Source: Alphaproteobacteria bacterium (GTDB lineage Bacteria; Pseudomonadota; Alphaproteobacteria; Rhizobiales; TMED25). From it: a stretch of DNA of 64,000 nt. Positions 46,142 through 56,261 of this stretch are shown piece after piece. Position 1 is the first letter of the stretch; each line of letters begins with the position of its first letter. The translations under genes and the position numbers were made by a program. Under the pieces are notes generated by a model. The model was not told the DNA's origin. It searched no databases and saw only the letters and a list, made by a program, of their open reading frames with translations. The stretch is from assembly GCA_045565315.1 (NCBI GenBank), contig JBJLFO010000001.1:529542-593541 (forward strand), written 5' to 3'.

Positions 46142-47613
46142 TACGAGAAAAATATAAAATTACTGATATCAGAGAGTTGCAAGATCTAGCGAGGTCTATC
46201 AGTAAAATTCTTGTTAAGGGTGATGTTGTTGCCCTAATTGGAGAAATAGGTTCTGGTAAAACTACTTTTTCTAAAAGACTAATTAATGAATTAACATCAA
46301 TTCAGGTTAATGAAATTAGTAGCCCAACATTCAATCTTTATTCGATATATAATAAAAATGGAGTCCAAGTTAATCATTATGATTTCTATAGAGTAGAAGA
46401 TTCAGAAGATCTCTCAGAAATTGATTTGGCTGAGTCCTATGAAAGTGGAATTACAATTATTGAGTGGGCCGACAAATATATAAATGTTCTAAAAAACGAT
46501 TATATTGAGGTTCATATTAGAGAAAAGAGGTATCATAGAGAGTACCAGGTAATAGGAAGAGGAAACTTTATCCAAAGAATAAAAAATGCAAATTCCTTAG
46601 AATATTTCCTTGAACAAACAAATTTAAAAATTAACTGGCAAGAAAATATCCAAGGTGATGCGTCAAAAAGAAAGTATAACCGATTATATACAGAAGATAC
46701 GACACTAATATTGATGGACTCATCGCAAGAAAAGAAGATAGCTAATCCAACAAAACTATCCACGAGTATAAATGACTATATTCATATATGTAAATATCTT
46801 GAAAAGATAAATATCAGAGTACCAAAATTATTTTATACTGATACTGAAAATGAGTATTTAATAGAAGAAGATTTTGGAGATTTGCAATACTCCCGAATTT
46901 TTTCCGAGAGAAATTTCATAGAACTTTACCGACCTGCAATTAATACATTATTACATATTACTGAGATTGATCATCCACGTGATCTTGAAGTTGGAGGTAT
47001 GACATATAAGATTCCACAATATGATGATATGACATACCTAAATGAAATTGAAATATTTATAAAATTTTATTGGCCGTATAAGAAAGGGGTTATTTGCAGC
47101 CAAAGTACACAAAATGAGTTTATGGATATATTTAGTGAATTACTTGGAAAAGTAACTTCTGATAAATCTCTTGTTCTTAGAGATTTTCATTCACCAAATC
47201 TAATGTTCCTAGATACCGAAAAAAACCATAGAAAGTGTGGTGTAATAGATTTTCAAGATGCTTTAACTGGTCATCCAATCTATGATTTAGTTTCATTATC
47301 GCAGGATGCAAGAGTTACAATTACTGAAGAACAAGAGAATTTTCTAATTGAGCAATATAAGGCTGGAGTCAATTATACTAATTATAATTTTGATAAATCA
47401 ACTATCATGGACCAATATTGTATATTAGGGGTGCAGAGATCACTTAAGATATTAGGTATATTTGCTAGATTATCTATTATCGATAATAGAAATGATTATA
47501 TTATTCATATGCCACGTGTTATTCATTACATAAGAAGGAATATGAAAAATAGTAATTTAAGTGACTTATCGAATTGGTTAAAATTAAATTTTAAGGAGGA
47601 ATTTTATGTTTAA
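46138..47613 (+). CDS. tsaE: Bifunctional TsaE (t6A ATPase) / aminoglycoside-phosphotransferase-fold kinase (AmgK-like) fusion protein
   Basis: 491 aa. N-terminal GEIGSGKTTF, SPTF, HYDFYR and IEW motifs (TsaE). C-terminal GDASKRKYNRL, RDFHSPNLMF and IDFQDA (APH-fold kinase). Confidence 0.8.
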   Translation: MIREKYKITDIRELQDLARSISKILVKGDVVALIGEIGSGKTTFSKRLINELTSIQVNEISSPTFNLYSIYNKNGVQVNHYDFYRVEDSEDLSEIDLAESYESGITIIEWADKYINVLKNDYIEVHIREKRYHREYQVIGRGNFIQRIKNANSLEYFLEQTNLKINWQENIQGDASKRKYNRLYTEDTTLILMDSSQEKKIANPTKLSTSINDYIHICKYLEKINIRVPKLFYTDTENEYLIEEDFGDLQYSRIFSERNFIELYRPAINTLLHITEIDHPRDLEVGGMTYKIPQYDDMTYLNEIEIFIKFYWPYKKGVICSQSTQNEFMDIFSELLGKVTSDKSLVLRDFHSPNLMFLDTEKNHRKCGVIDFQDALTGHPIYDLVSLSQDARVTITEEQENFLIEQYKAGVNYTNYNFDKSTIMDQYCILGVQRSLKILGIFARLSIIDNRNDYIIHMPRVIHYIRRNMKNSNLSDLSNWLKLNFKEEFYV

Positions 47614-48868
47614 ATGTTTCTTTCCGAGACCAAACCTATTTTTCCCCTCAGCAATAGTTTGGATTATCTTATGTACTATAATATGGTTTTGGATTGGTGA
47701 AGATATCGCTTCATTGATAGGTATTAATTTTCAGGGCAGCGATGATCCTATTATTGGACTTGGATATTTTGTTACACCTAAGTTTATTTGGTTTTATATT
47801 TATTATTTATTATCAAGTCTCATTTTTGCATTTTTTTGGATCAGGTTTTTTCCTCATAGATGGCAATACTGGTCAATTCTTGGCTCCTCATTAATAATTT
47901 TTTCTACATACTTTGGTGTTCAGGTCAGTGTGGCAATCAATAACTGGAGAAGACCCTTCTTTGATAACATCCAATCCGCTCTCGGTGGCGATAGTACGGT
48001 TGTATCTCAGGACTTATACATTTTAATGTTAATCTTTGCTCAGATTGCATTTATTGCACTCGCAGTTTTTGTTCTTACAAGATTTTTTGTGAGTCACTAT
48101 ATTTTTCGGTGGCGAACTGCGATGAACTTTTATTATACAGGCCACTGGAATAAACTAAGAAATGTTGAGGGAGCAGCTCAACGTGTTCAGGAGGATACAA
48201 TGAGATTCGCCTCTATAATGGAAGGTTTAGGTGTTTCTATAATTGACGCAGTTATGACACTGATTGCATTTTTACCCGTTCTCTTAGCTTTATCTGAATA
48301 TGTCACGGTTCTTCCACTCTTTGGTGAAATACCCGCTCCACTTCTAAATGCAGCAATTTTTTGGTCTTTATTTGGAACAATACTATTAGCTGTAGTTGGA
48401 ATAAAGTTACCTGGCTTAGAATTCCGAAATCAAAGAGTAGAAGCATCCTTAAGAAAGGAGCTTGTTTATGGCGAAGATGACGAAAATAGAGCCTCCCCTC
48501 AATCTATATCCCAACTATTTGCAAACGTCCGTAAGAATTATTTTAGGCTTTATTTTCATTATCTATATTTTAATGTAGCTCGTAGCTTTTATTTACAGGC
48601 TGATAATATTTTTGCATATTTAATCTTAATTCCAACAATTATTGCAGGGAAAATAACCTTTGGTATACTCCAGCAAATATTAACTGCATTTAGCCAAGTT
48701 TCTAATTCATTTCAGTATATTGTTAATGCATGGCCAACAATCATTGAATTACTATCAATCTTTAAGAGACTCCAAACTTTTGAAGCAACTTTGTCTGGAA
48801 AGAGCATTTCTAAAATAGAGTATATTAATGACGATAAGATTGAAGGTTCGATTTCGGATGAAAAATAA
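47606..48868 (+). CDS. sbmA: SbmA/BacA family inner-membrane peptide transporter
   Basis: 420 aa. Long blocks match my recollection of E. coli SbmA: MFKxFFP, HRWQYWSILG, FVSHYIFRWRTAMN, EGAAQRVQEDTMRFAS, IKLPGLEFRNQRVEA, RKELVYGEDD, VRKNYFRLYFHY. Confidence 0.85.
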   Translation: MFKCFFPRPNLFFPSAIVWIILCTIIWFWIGEDIASLIGINFQGSDDPIIGLGYFVTPKFIWFYIYYLLSSLIFAFFWIRFFPHRWQYWSILGSSLIIFSTYFGVQVSVAINNWRRPFFDNIQSALGGDSTVVSQDLYILMLIFAQIAFIALAVFVLTRFFVSHYIFRWRTAMNFYYTGHWNKLRNVEGAAQRVQEDTMRFASIMEGLGVSIIDAVMTLIAFLPVLLALSEYVTVLPLFGEIPAPLLNAAIFWSLFGTILLAVVGIKLPGLEFRNQRVEASLRKELVYGEDDENRASPQSISQLFANVRKNYFRLYFHYLYFNVARSFYLQADNIFAYLILIPTIIAGKITFGILQQILTAFSQVSNSFQYIVNAWPTIIELLSIFKRLQTFEATLSGKSISKIEYINDDKIEGSISDEK

Positions 48869-49580
48869 TCATATAGTCAAGGATGCCTTTATTCTTTCAG
48901 CAGGACTTGGTAGAAGATTACTCCCATATACAAAATATAATCCAAAACCATTAGTGCCTATTAATGAAAAGCCCATGATAGAGTATATATTGGATGCACT
49001 ATTTGATATTAGAATTAGAAATATATATATCAATACTTACTATCTATCGGACCAAATTGAAAAATATTTTCAAACAAAGGGACTTACAAATGTCCATATC
49101 AAAATGGAGAGCGAACTACTAGATACTGGTGGAGGTGTTAAGAGTGGATTAGGTGAGGAATACTCAGATCCAATCTTTATAATTAACTGTGATGCCCTAG
49201 TGTTGCAAAATTATTCAAGGCTTTTATCCGAGCTTCGAGATAATTTTATCCCGAGTGATATGGATGCTATCCTTGCACTCTCAAAAGTATCTGATGCGAT
49301 TGGTTATTCGGGAAGTGGAGATTTTTATCTTGGGGAAAACAATATTCTAGAGTCAGAAAAAAAAATTACCAGCAAATACGTATTCATGGGTATATCTATA
49401 CTTAATCCTATTACTTTAAGACTGACAGATAAAAAGAAATTTTCTTTAATTGAAATATGGAAAAAACTTATTTTTGATAAAAAGTGTTATGGAAGAATGT
49501 ATTATGATAAATGGTGTCACACAGGAAGTAGTCAATCTTTAGATTATGCAGATAAATTTTTCAGAGAGCAGAATTCATGA
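48858..49580 (+). CDS. murU: Sugar-1-phosphate nucleotidyltransferase, MurU-like (N-acetylmuramate-1-P uridylyltransferase candidate)
   Basis: Start at ATG 48858 (MKNNHIV...). ILSAGLGRRLLPYT nucleotidyltransferase motif. Synteny with the AmgK-like kinase. Confidence 0.65.
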   Translation: MKNNHIVKDAFILSAGLGRRLLPYTKYNPKPLVPINEKPMIEYILDALFDIRIRNIYINTYYLSDQIEKYFQTKGLTNVHIKMESELLDTGGGVKSGLGEEYSDPIFIINCDALVLQNYSRLLSELRDNFIPSDMDAILALSKVSDAIGYSGSGDFYLGENNILESEKKITSKYVFMGISILNPITLRLTDKKKFSLIEIWKKLIFDKKCYGRMYYDKWCHTGSSQSLDYADKFFREQNS

Positions 49581-51037
49581 ATATAATTTTTTATGATTTT
49601 GAAACATCTGGTCGAGGTCGTTTCGATAAAAATAATAAAACCATGAATGGTCAATGGGACCAAATCCTCCAAGTGGGAGCAATATTATGCAATGAGAACC
49701 TTGATGAGTTAGATAGGTTTGAAATGAAATGCTCTTTGAATAAATCCTTAATTCCACATCCAGCAGCATTATTAGTTAATGGCCTTTCGATGAGTTCCAT
49801 AAGAAGTTCAAATAATATATCCAACTATACACTAGTCTATGAGATGACAGAAAAGTTATCTCAATGGGGGCCTGCAATTTTTGTTGGATATAATTCTATA
49901 AGTTTTGATGAAGAGTTCCTTCGTAATGCACTTTTTCAAAACCTACATGAAAACCCATACTTGACACAAATAAATGGAAATAAGAGAGCGGATGTCTTGA
50001 ACATAGCTCGGGCCGCATCATTATATATACCAACCTGCCTCAAAATACCAGATGGAGATGGTAAATTTAAGTTAGAAAACCTTGCACCAGCCAATAATAT
50101 AAGTAGTCAAGATGCCCATGACGCAATGGCAGACGTAATAATGACGATAGAAATATCTAAGATAATTAAAAATCAGTTTCCGGAATTTTGGGAAAATTCA
50201 TTATTAACATCTAGTAAAATAGGTGTAATAGAATTACTCGAAAAATCGAATATCCTTTGTCATCATGAGTCATATTATGGTAAAATAAATCCTTTTGTTG
50301 TAAAATGCATCGGAAAGATGGTTATTAAAAACAGAACAGATCAATTCATTCTTTTTGACTTAAAGCATGACCCAGATGATTATCTATCATCATCCTACAG
50401 CGAATTAGAAAATTTAGTATTTAAAGATAAATTATGTCGAAAAATCAAAGCTAATACTCAACCAATATTGATGGGGCCTGAGAATGCTATGAATTTCCCT
50501 TCCTATGAAAAAATTGGTATTGATGAAATTGAAAGACGTGCCAATGTTCTAAAGGAAAATCAAGAATTTTGTGATAAAATCATTCAAATTCAGATAGAAA
50601 AAGAAACCAATAAAGATTACTCACAGGAGGATATTTTCGAAGAGGAAAGTTTATTTTCAGGTGGTTTCCCGTCTTATGGGGATAAATTAATAATGAAAAA
50701 ATTCCATAGTTTGGACTGGGATAAAAAGAAGTTAATCTTAGATGATTTTGAAGATAAAAGGTATTCATATTTGGGGAAAAAAATTATCTATGACTATGAT
50801 CCAAAATTATTAAATAAAGATGATAGAGAATTCATAGCAAAGATAATTTCATCAAGACACACCAGTACTAATACTGAAAAATGGCTTACAATCCCTGAGG
50901 CATTTGCTGCTATTGATGATTTGAGAGAAAAACATATAGAAAATGAAAGAAATCTAGAGATTTTGGATGATTATAATTCACATCTTGAAAAAATGCTCAC
51001 AGGATATCAAAGTGCAACATTGACTTATGATGATTAA
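49577..51037 (+). CDS. sbcB: Exodeoxyribonuclease I-like DEDDh 3'-5' exonuclease
   Basis: 486 aa. FYDFETSG, VGYNSISFDEEFLRN and AHDAMADV (DEDDh). The C-terminal SH3-like/helical region is collinear with my recollection of E. coli ExoI. Confidence 0.75.
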   Translation: MNIIFYDFETSGRGRFDKNNKTMNGQWDQILQVGAILCNENLDELDRFEMKCSLNKSLIPHPAALLVNGLSMSSIRSSNNISNYTLVYEMTEKLSQWGPAIFVGYNSISFDEEFLRNALFQNLHENPYLTQINGNKRADVLNIARAASLYIPTCLKIPDGDGKFKLENLAPANNISSQDAHDAMADVIMTIEISKIIKNQFPEFWENSLLTSSKIGVIELLEKSNILCHHESYYGKINPFVVKCIGKMVIKNRTDQFILFDLKHDPDDYLSSSYSELENLVFKDKLCRKIKANTQPILMGPENAMNFPSYEKIGIDEIERRANVLKENQEFCDKIIQIQIEKETNKDYSQEDIFEEESLFSGGFPSYGDKLIMKKFHSLDWDKKKLILDDFEDKRYSYLGKKIIYDYDPKLLNKDDREFIAKIISSRHTSTNTEKWLTIPEAFAAIDDLREKHIENERNLEILDDYNSHLEKMLTGYQSATLTYDD

Positions 51038-51071
51038 ATGCTAACCTGATACAAATTATAGGAGTTATGTG

Positions 51072-51392
51072 ATGTCTACAAAACAAATTACTGATGAGAA
51101 TTTTCAATCTGAAATAGAGTCATCTAAAGTACCAGTTCTGGTAGATTTTTGGGCCGAGTGGTGCGGTCCATGTAAACAGATAGGTCCAGTACTTGAAGAA
51201 ATATCTAATGAATATGATGGTAAACTATCAATTATAAAAGTTAATATTGATGAAAATCCTATAACTCCATCAACATATGGTATTCGTGGAATACCAACAT
51301 TACTTCTTTTTAAAAATTCTGAGCTAGTTTCTCAGAAAGTAGGAGCATTCCCAAAGTCCGCCCTTCTTGAATGGGTAGATAGTAATATTTAA
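51072..51392 (+). CDS. trxA: Thioredoxin
   Basis: WCGPC active site. AGGAG lies 7 nt upstream of ATG 51072; the track starts 3 nt earlier at a GTG. Confidence 0.9.
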   Translation: MSTKQITDENFQSEIESSKVPVLVDFWAEWCGPCKQIGPVLEEISNEYDGKLSIIKVNIDENPITPSTYGIRGIPTLLLFKNSELVSQKVGAFPKSALLEWVDSNI

Positions 51393-51393
51393 A

Positions 51394-52704
51394 CTATATT
51401 GCCCTTCCTCTATGCTTCTCAAGAACGAATCCTGCTAGGTATAACGATCCACATATTAATATACGGATTTTTCCATTTAATGATTTAGTATGCTCGAGGG
51501 CTTCGTATAAATCATTCTTAGTTATCGCTAATATTCCCTGGGTCTCTGCACTTTGCTTTATTTCATTAGGACTTAAAAAATTTTCTGAATTAGGTATTTT
51601 AATAGCAATGACATGACTTGCTGAATTTACAAAAGGGTTTAAAAATTTCTTACTATCTTTTGTATTCATCATTGCCATTATCAATATTAATTTCTTATCT
51701 TTATAATCTTTCATAGTATCTGCAATTGCCATTGCAGCATGCTCATTATGCCCACCATCGAGCCAGATTTCTGTATCAGAAGATACATATTTAGATAATG
51801 GTCCAACTTCTAATTTTTCAAGACGTCCCGGCCATAAAACATTACTTAATCCTACTTCAAAATCTTTATTTGATATCTTGACATCATCTATTGAAGATAG
51901 AGTAGCAATAGATGTTGCTGCATTCTCTATTTGATGTTTTCCTATTAGATTCGGAAAGGATAGTTTTAATTGATATCGTGAATCCTCATATATAAAATTT
52001 TTATCTTGCGGTATTACATTATAATCTTCATTCCATATTTGTGATTTATTATTTAAAAGTTGAATATATTCTTTGAGTACAGAAAGGACTAAACTCTCTT
52101 GTTTACCTAGTACTGTTTTACCATTTTTTTTTATAATGCCTGCTTTTTCTCTTGCTATATCTTGTACCTTGTTACCTAGAAATTGCTGATGATCTATCCC
52201 AATTGGCGTAATTACTGAAACTAATGGGTTTTCAATTATGTTAGTCGCATCCAATCTTCCCCCTAAACCAGTCTCAAGTAATAAAAAATCTGAATTAGTT
52301 GTCGAGTATTTCAAGAATGCGGCTGCAGTTATCAGTTCAAATATTGTTATAGGTGCCCCATCATTAACACGTTCACACTCATGTAAAATATCTGCCAATG
52401 ACCCATCGTCTATATAAGAGTCATAATTATTTCCACCAATCTTGATTCTTTCATTAAAGTGGACCAAATGAGGTGACGTATATGAGTCAACAGTATACCC
52501 TGAAGATAATAGTATACTGGATAGATAGGCAAGAACTGAACCTTTTCCATTAGTCCCAGCAATATGTATAATATTTTTTATTTTTTTTTGAGGATTCCCA
52601 AGTTTCTCTAATAGGAAAATAATCCTATCAAGAGATAGGTCCATTGATCGAGGATATAAGGGTAATATTCGTTCTTGGACTGATTTTATTTCGTAGGGAG
52701 ACAT
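51394..52704 (-). CDS. folC: Bifunctional folylpolyglutamate synthase / dihydrofolate synthase
   Basis: 436 aa. HIAGTNGKGS P-loop and Mur-ligase fold blocks. Confidence 0.9.
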   Translation of the reverse strand: MSPYEIKSVQERILPLYPRSMDLSLDRIIFLLEKLGNPQKKIKNIIHIAGTNGKGSVLAYLSSILLSSGYTVDSYTSPHLVHFNERIKIGGNNYDSYIDDGSLADILHECERVNDGAPITIFELITAAAFLKYSTTNSDFLLLETGLGGRLDATNIIENPLVSVITPIGIDHQQFLGNKVQDIAREKAGIIKKNGKTVLGKQESLVLSVLKEYIQLLNNKSQIWNEDYNVIPQDKNFIYEDSRYQLKLSFPNLIGKHQIENAATSIATLSSIDDVKISNKDFEVGLSNVLWPGRLEKLEVGPLSKYVSSDTEIWLDGGHNEHAAMAIADTMKDYKDKKLILIMAMMNTKDSKKFLNPFVNSASHVIAIKIPNSENFLSPNEIKQSAETQGILAITKNDLYEALEHTKSLNGKIRILICGSLYLAGFVLEKHRGRAI

Positions 52705-52721
52705 GTTTTACTATAGGAATG

Positions 52722-53567
52722 CTACTTCTTAAGCAAATGCTTACAAACAGTAATTAACTTATTTTTTAAATCATGCCTGTGCACAACCATATCAATCATA
52801 CCGTGCTCAAGCAAATACTCCGATCTTTGAAATCCTTCGGGTAATTTTTCTTTAATTGTTTGTTCTATTACTCTGGGACCTGCAAACCCAATTAATGCTC
52901 CCGGCTCTGCGATATGAACATCTCCAAGCATAGCATAAGATGCCGTAACACCACCCGTTGTTGGATTGGTTAATACCACAATGTAGGGTATTTTGGCTTC
53001 ATTTAATTTTTGTACAGCAATAGTTGTTCGTGGCATTTGCATTAATGACAATATTCCCTCTTGCATACGTGCTCCGCCTGCTGCTGAAAATAATATTACT
53101 GGATAAGCTTTAAGTAAAGCTTCATTCATTGCTTTTATAATAGCTTCGCCTGCTGCAACACCGAGAGTGCCGCCCATAAATGTAAAATCTTGAACAATAC
53201 TTATTACTGGCATATTACCAATAATTCCTTGTGATATTACAACAGCGTCATCCATCCCAGTCTTTCTACGGGCATCCCTTAGCCTATCAACATATTTCTT
53301 CTCATCCTTAAATTTCAATGGATCATTAATACTGCTTTCAGTATCAAGAATTTGATATTCACCATCATATAAAAGTTCTAACCTTTTCTTTGCGGGTATC
53401 TTCATGTGATAATTTGAACCGGGGATTACCCATTGATTTTCTTCTAAGTCCTTATGAAATACCATCTCACCACTCTCAGGACATTTTATCCAGAGATTAT
53501 CAGGTACATCTTTTTTAGCCAAGATCTCCTTAATTTTTGGAGTTACAATGTTATTTATCCAGTTCAT
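52722..53567 (-). CDS. accD: Acetyl-CoA carboxylase carboxyltransferase beta subunit
   Basis: 281 aa. [18 protein letters not shown] and [11 protein letters not shown] blocks. Confidence 0.9.
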   Translation of the reverse strand: MNWINNIVTPKIKEILAKKDVPDNLWIKCPESGEMVFHKDLEENQWVIPGSNYHMKIPAKKRLELLYDGEYQILDTESSINDPLKFKDEKKYVDRLRDARRKTGMDDAVVISQGIIGNMPVISIVQDFTFMGGTLGVAAGEAIIKAMNEALLKAYPVILFSAAGGARMQEGILSLMQMPRTTIAVQKLNEAKIPYIVVLTNPTTGGVTASYAMLGDVHIAEPGALIGFAGPRVIEQTIKEKLPEGFQRSEYLLEHGMIDMVVHRHDLKNKLITVCKHLLKK

Positions 53568-53593
53568 CTATCAAAATACTTTCAATTTATATA

Positions 53594-54391
53594 TTACATA
53601 ATACTTGCGAATTCTTCAACTTTTCGAATTACTTGCTTCTTAACATCAGATGCAGGACCATCGTTAGCTATCAAATTAACAAGGACCGAACCCACAATTA
53701 CAGCATCGGCAAAATCTAATATCTTAACTATATCTTTTTTTGATTTTATACCAAAACCCACACCTATTGGAATATTTGTACTTTTTTTTATATTAATAAC
53801 GGCATCTTTAACAATTGAAAGATCAGGTTTTTTTGACCCCGTAATACCTGCTATAGATACGTAATATAAAAAACCAGATGTTTTCTGCAGAACTTTCTTT
53901 AGTCTTTTTTTATCTGTTGTTGGGGTTGCAAGTCTTATAAATGAAATACCACGTACAATTGCTAGGTCGCATAGCTCATTATCTTCTTCCGGAGGTAAAT
54001 CAACTACAATTAAACCATCCACTCCAAGCTGTTTTACCTTATCTAGGAAATTTTCTACACCAAAATTATATATAGGATTATAGTAACCCATGAGTATAAT
54101 TGGTGTCTCAGTATTGTGGGCTCTAAAATTATATACCAGATCAAAGGTTTTATTCATTGTATGGCCAGACTTAAGAGATCTTTGAGAAGAAGCCTGAATT
54201 ATTGGGCCATCGGCCATCGGGTCTGTAAATGGCATTCCGATTTCTATGATATCAGCTCCAGCTTCAGGAAGAGCTTTTATAATATCTAGTGATAATTCAT
54301 ATTCAGGGTCCCCAGCAGTGAGAAAGGTAATTAAAGCCTTCTTATTTTTATTTTTTAGTCTATTGAAACATTTATCAATTCTATTTTGCAA
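53594..54391 (-). CDS. trpA: Tryptophan synthase alpha chain
   Basis: 265 aa. EIGMPFTDPMADGPIIQ and GFGI blocks. Confidence 0.9.
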   Translation of the reverse strand: MQNRIDKCFNRLKNKNKKALITFLTAGDPEYELSLDIIKALPEAGADIIEIGMPFTDPMADGPIIQASSQRSLKSGHTMNKTFDLVYNFRAHNTETPIILMGYYNPIYNFGVENFLDKVKQLGVDGLIVVDLPPEEDNELCDLAIVRGISFIRLATPTTDKKRLKKVLQKTSGFLYYVSIAGITGSKKPDLSIVKDAVINIKKSTNIPIGVGFGIKSKKDIVKILDFADAVIVGSVLVNLIANDGPASDVKKQVIRKVEEFASIM

Positions 54392-54395
54392 AATA

Positions 54396-55610
54396 CTAAA
54401 TCTCCATATTTAAGTGTTCTGCTACGGTGAATATATCTTTGTCACCTCTCCCACATAAGTTCATCACAACAACTTCATCTTTAGATAGAGTTGTCGAAAT
54501 CTTAACGAGATGTGCTATCGCATGAGCCGGCTCTAATGCTGGAATTATACCCTCAATTTTTGTACATAATTGAAATGCATCAACTGCTTCTTGGTCTGTG
54601 ATTGAAACATACTCCACTCTACCGCTATCTTTTAGCCAAGAATGCTCCGGTCCAATACCAGGGTAGTCTAACCCAGCTGAGATAGAGTGTCCCTCTTTTA
54701 TTTGCCCATCATTATCTTGTAGTAGATATGTTCTATTGCCATGCAAAACTCCTGGTCGACCAGCTGATAGACTAGCACAATGCTGATCACCATTCAATCC
54801 AAGACCACCCGCTTCGACTCCAGTAATTTGTACATTGATATCATCTAAAAATGGATAGAAAAGTCCCATTGCATTTGATCCACCTCCAATACAAGCGATC
54901 AAATGGTCCGGCAATCTTCCCTCTTGTTCGAGGATTTGCTCTTTTGTTTCAAGACCGATTACTGATTGAAAATTTCTAACCATTGAAGGGTAAGGGTGAG
55001 GACCTGCAACTGTTCCAATAATATAGAAAGTATCCTCAACATTTGCGACCCAATCTCTCAACGCTTCGTTCATTGCATCTTTTAAAGTTGAATTTCCAGA
55101 GTTTACGGGAATAACCTTAGCACCAAGTAATTTCATCCTGAATACATTTGGCTTTTGCCTTTCCACGTCCTTTGCACCCATATAAATTACACAAGGTAGA
55201 CCAAATCTCGCTGCAACTGTAGCTACCGCGACCCCATGTTGACCAGCACCAGTTTCGGCAATAATACGAGTCTTTTGCATTCTTTTTGCAAGTAGGATTT
55301 GCCCAAGGCAATTATTTATCTTATGGCTTCCAGTATGATTAAGCTCATCTCTTTTGAAATATATTTTTGCACTATTTAAATGTTCTGTTAGCCGTTCGGC
55401 ATAGTATAAGGGGCTTGGTCTTCCCGTATAATATTTATTTAAATAACTAAGCTCTGCATTAAAACTTAAATCGCTTTTTGCCTTATCATATGCTTTCTCT
55501 AAATCTAAGATAAGTGGCATTAGAGTTTCAGCAACAAATCTACCACCAAAAATACCAAATCTACCATCCTGATCTGGGCCTGATTTATAAGAATTTATAT
55601 TGTTTACCAT
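54396..55610 (-). CDS. trpB: Tryptophan synthase beta chain
   Basis: 404 aa. [12 protein letters not shown]-Lys motif and GGGSNAMG. Confidence 0.95.
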   Translation of the reverse strand: MVNNINSYKSGPDQDGRFGIFGGRFVAETLMPLILDLEKAYDKAKSDLSFNAELSYLNKYYTGRPSPLYYAERLTEHLNSAKIYFKRDELNHTGSHKINNCLGQILLAKRMQKTRIIAETGAGQHGVAVATVAARFGLPCVIYMGAKDVERQKPNVFRMKLLGAKVIPVNSGNSTLKDAMNEALRDWVANVEDTFYIIGTVAGPHPYPSMVRNFQSVIGLETKEQILEQEGRLPDHLIACIGGGSNAMGLFYPFLDDINVQITGVEAGGLGLNGDQHCASLSAGRPGVLHGNRTYLLQDNDGQIKEGHSISAGLDYPGIGPEHSWLKDSGRVEYVSITDQEAVDAFQLCTKIEGIIPALEPAHAIAHLVKISTTLSKDEVVVMNLCGRGDKDIFTVAEHLNMEI

Positions 55611-55625
55611 TTTATTATTACTTTA

Positions 55626-56261
55626 CTAACTTCTCGCATTATATATGAAATTTGTTATCAAATCGTTATCCTTTTTACCTATTTTACTTTCAACTCCTGA
55701 AGATACATCAATAAAATTTGCTCCCGTAATACTAATTGCCTCTTTGATATTGCTTGGAGTAAGACCACCTGATAAAATCCAATCTTTTTTTAAATTTAAT
55801 TTATTAATAAGACCCCAATCAAAGGTTAACCCATTACCTCCAGGTCTATTTGATGCTATCGGAGGAGGAGAGTCAAAAAGATAGTAATCTATAGCATCTG
55901 ATTGGTTATCAATATTATCTAATGTATCACTTGAAAGACTGACTGCTTTTATAATCTTGATATTATACTTTGTTTTTAATGACTCTAGATAATCGATGTT
56001 CTCATTGCCATGAAACTGAATCGTTTTTATTCCAACTCTTGAAATGATATTATCAATGAGTTCTTCACTTGCATTCACAACAAGTGCAACAATTTCAATC
56101 AAACTCGAATATTTTTTATTCAAAATATATGCTTCATTAATCTCGATATTTCTTGGGCTTTTTGGATAAAAAACGAGCCCAATCATATCTGCCGAATTGT
56201 CAATACAGGATTCAACATTCGAGCTTTCCAGCAAACCACATACTTTTATCTTAATTGTCAT
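55626..56261 (-). CDS. trpF: Phosphoribosylanthranilate isomerase
   Basis: IKVCGL N-terminus and FDS/SGGL blocks. ATG (complement of 56259-56261) is preferred to the upstream TTG. Overlaps the pyrF 3' end. Confidence 0.85.
   Translation of the reverse strand: MTIKIKVCGLLESSNVESCIDNSADMIGLVFYPKSPRNIEINEAYILNKKYSSLIEIVALVVNASEELIDNIISRVGIKTIQFHGNENIDYLESLKTKYNIKIIKAVSLSSDTLDNIDNQSDAIDYYLFDSPPPIASNRPGGNGLTFDWGLINKLNLKKDWILSGGLTPSNIKEAISITGANFIDVSSGVESKIGKKDNDLITNFIYNARS

Noticed and set aside
53400-53567. AccD N-terminus lacks three of the four Cys of the E. coli zinc finger (KCPESGE...VIPGSNYHM)
   Set aside because: As far as I recall, the same Cys-less pattern (WIKCPETGEMVFH...) is normal for alphaproteobacterial AccD. 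It is lineage-typical, not a local anomaly.
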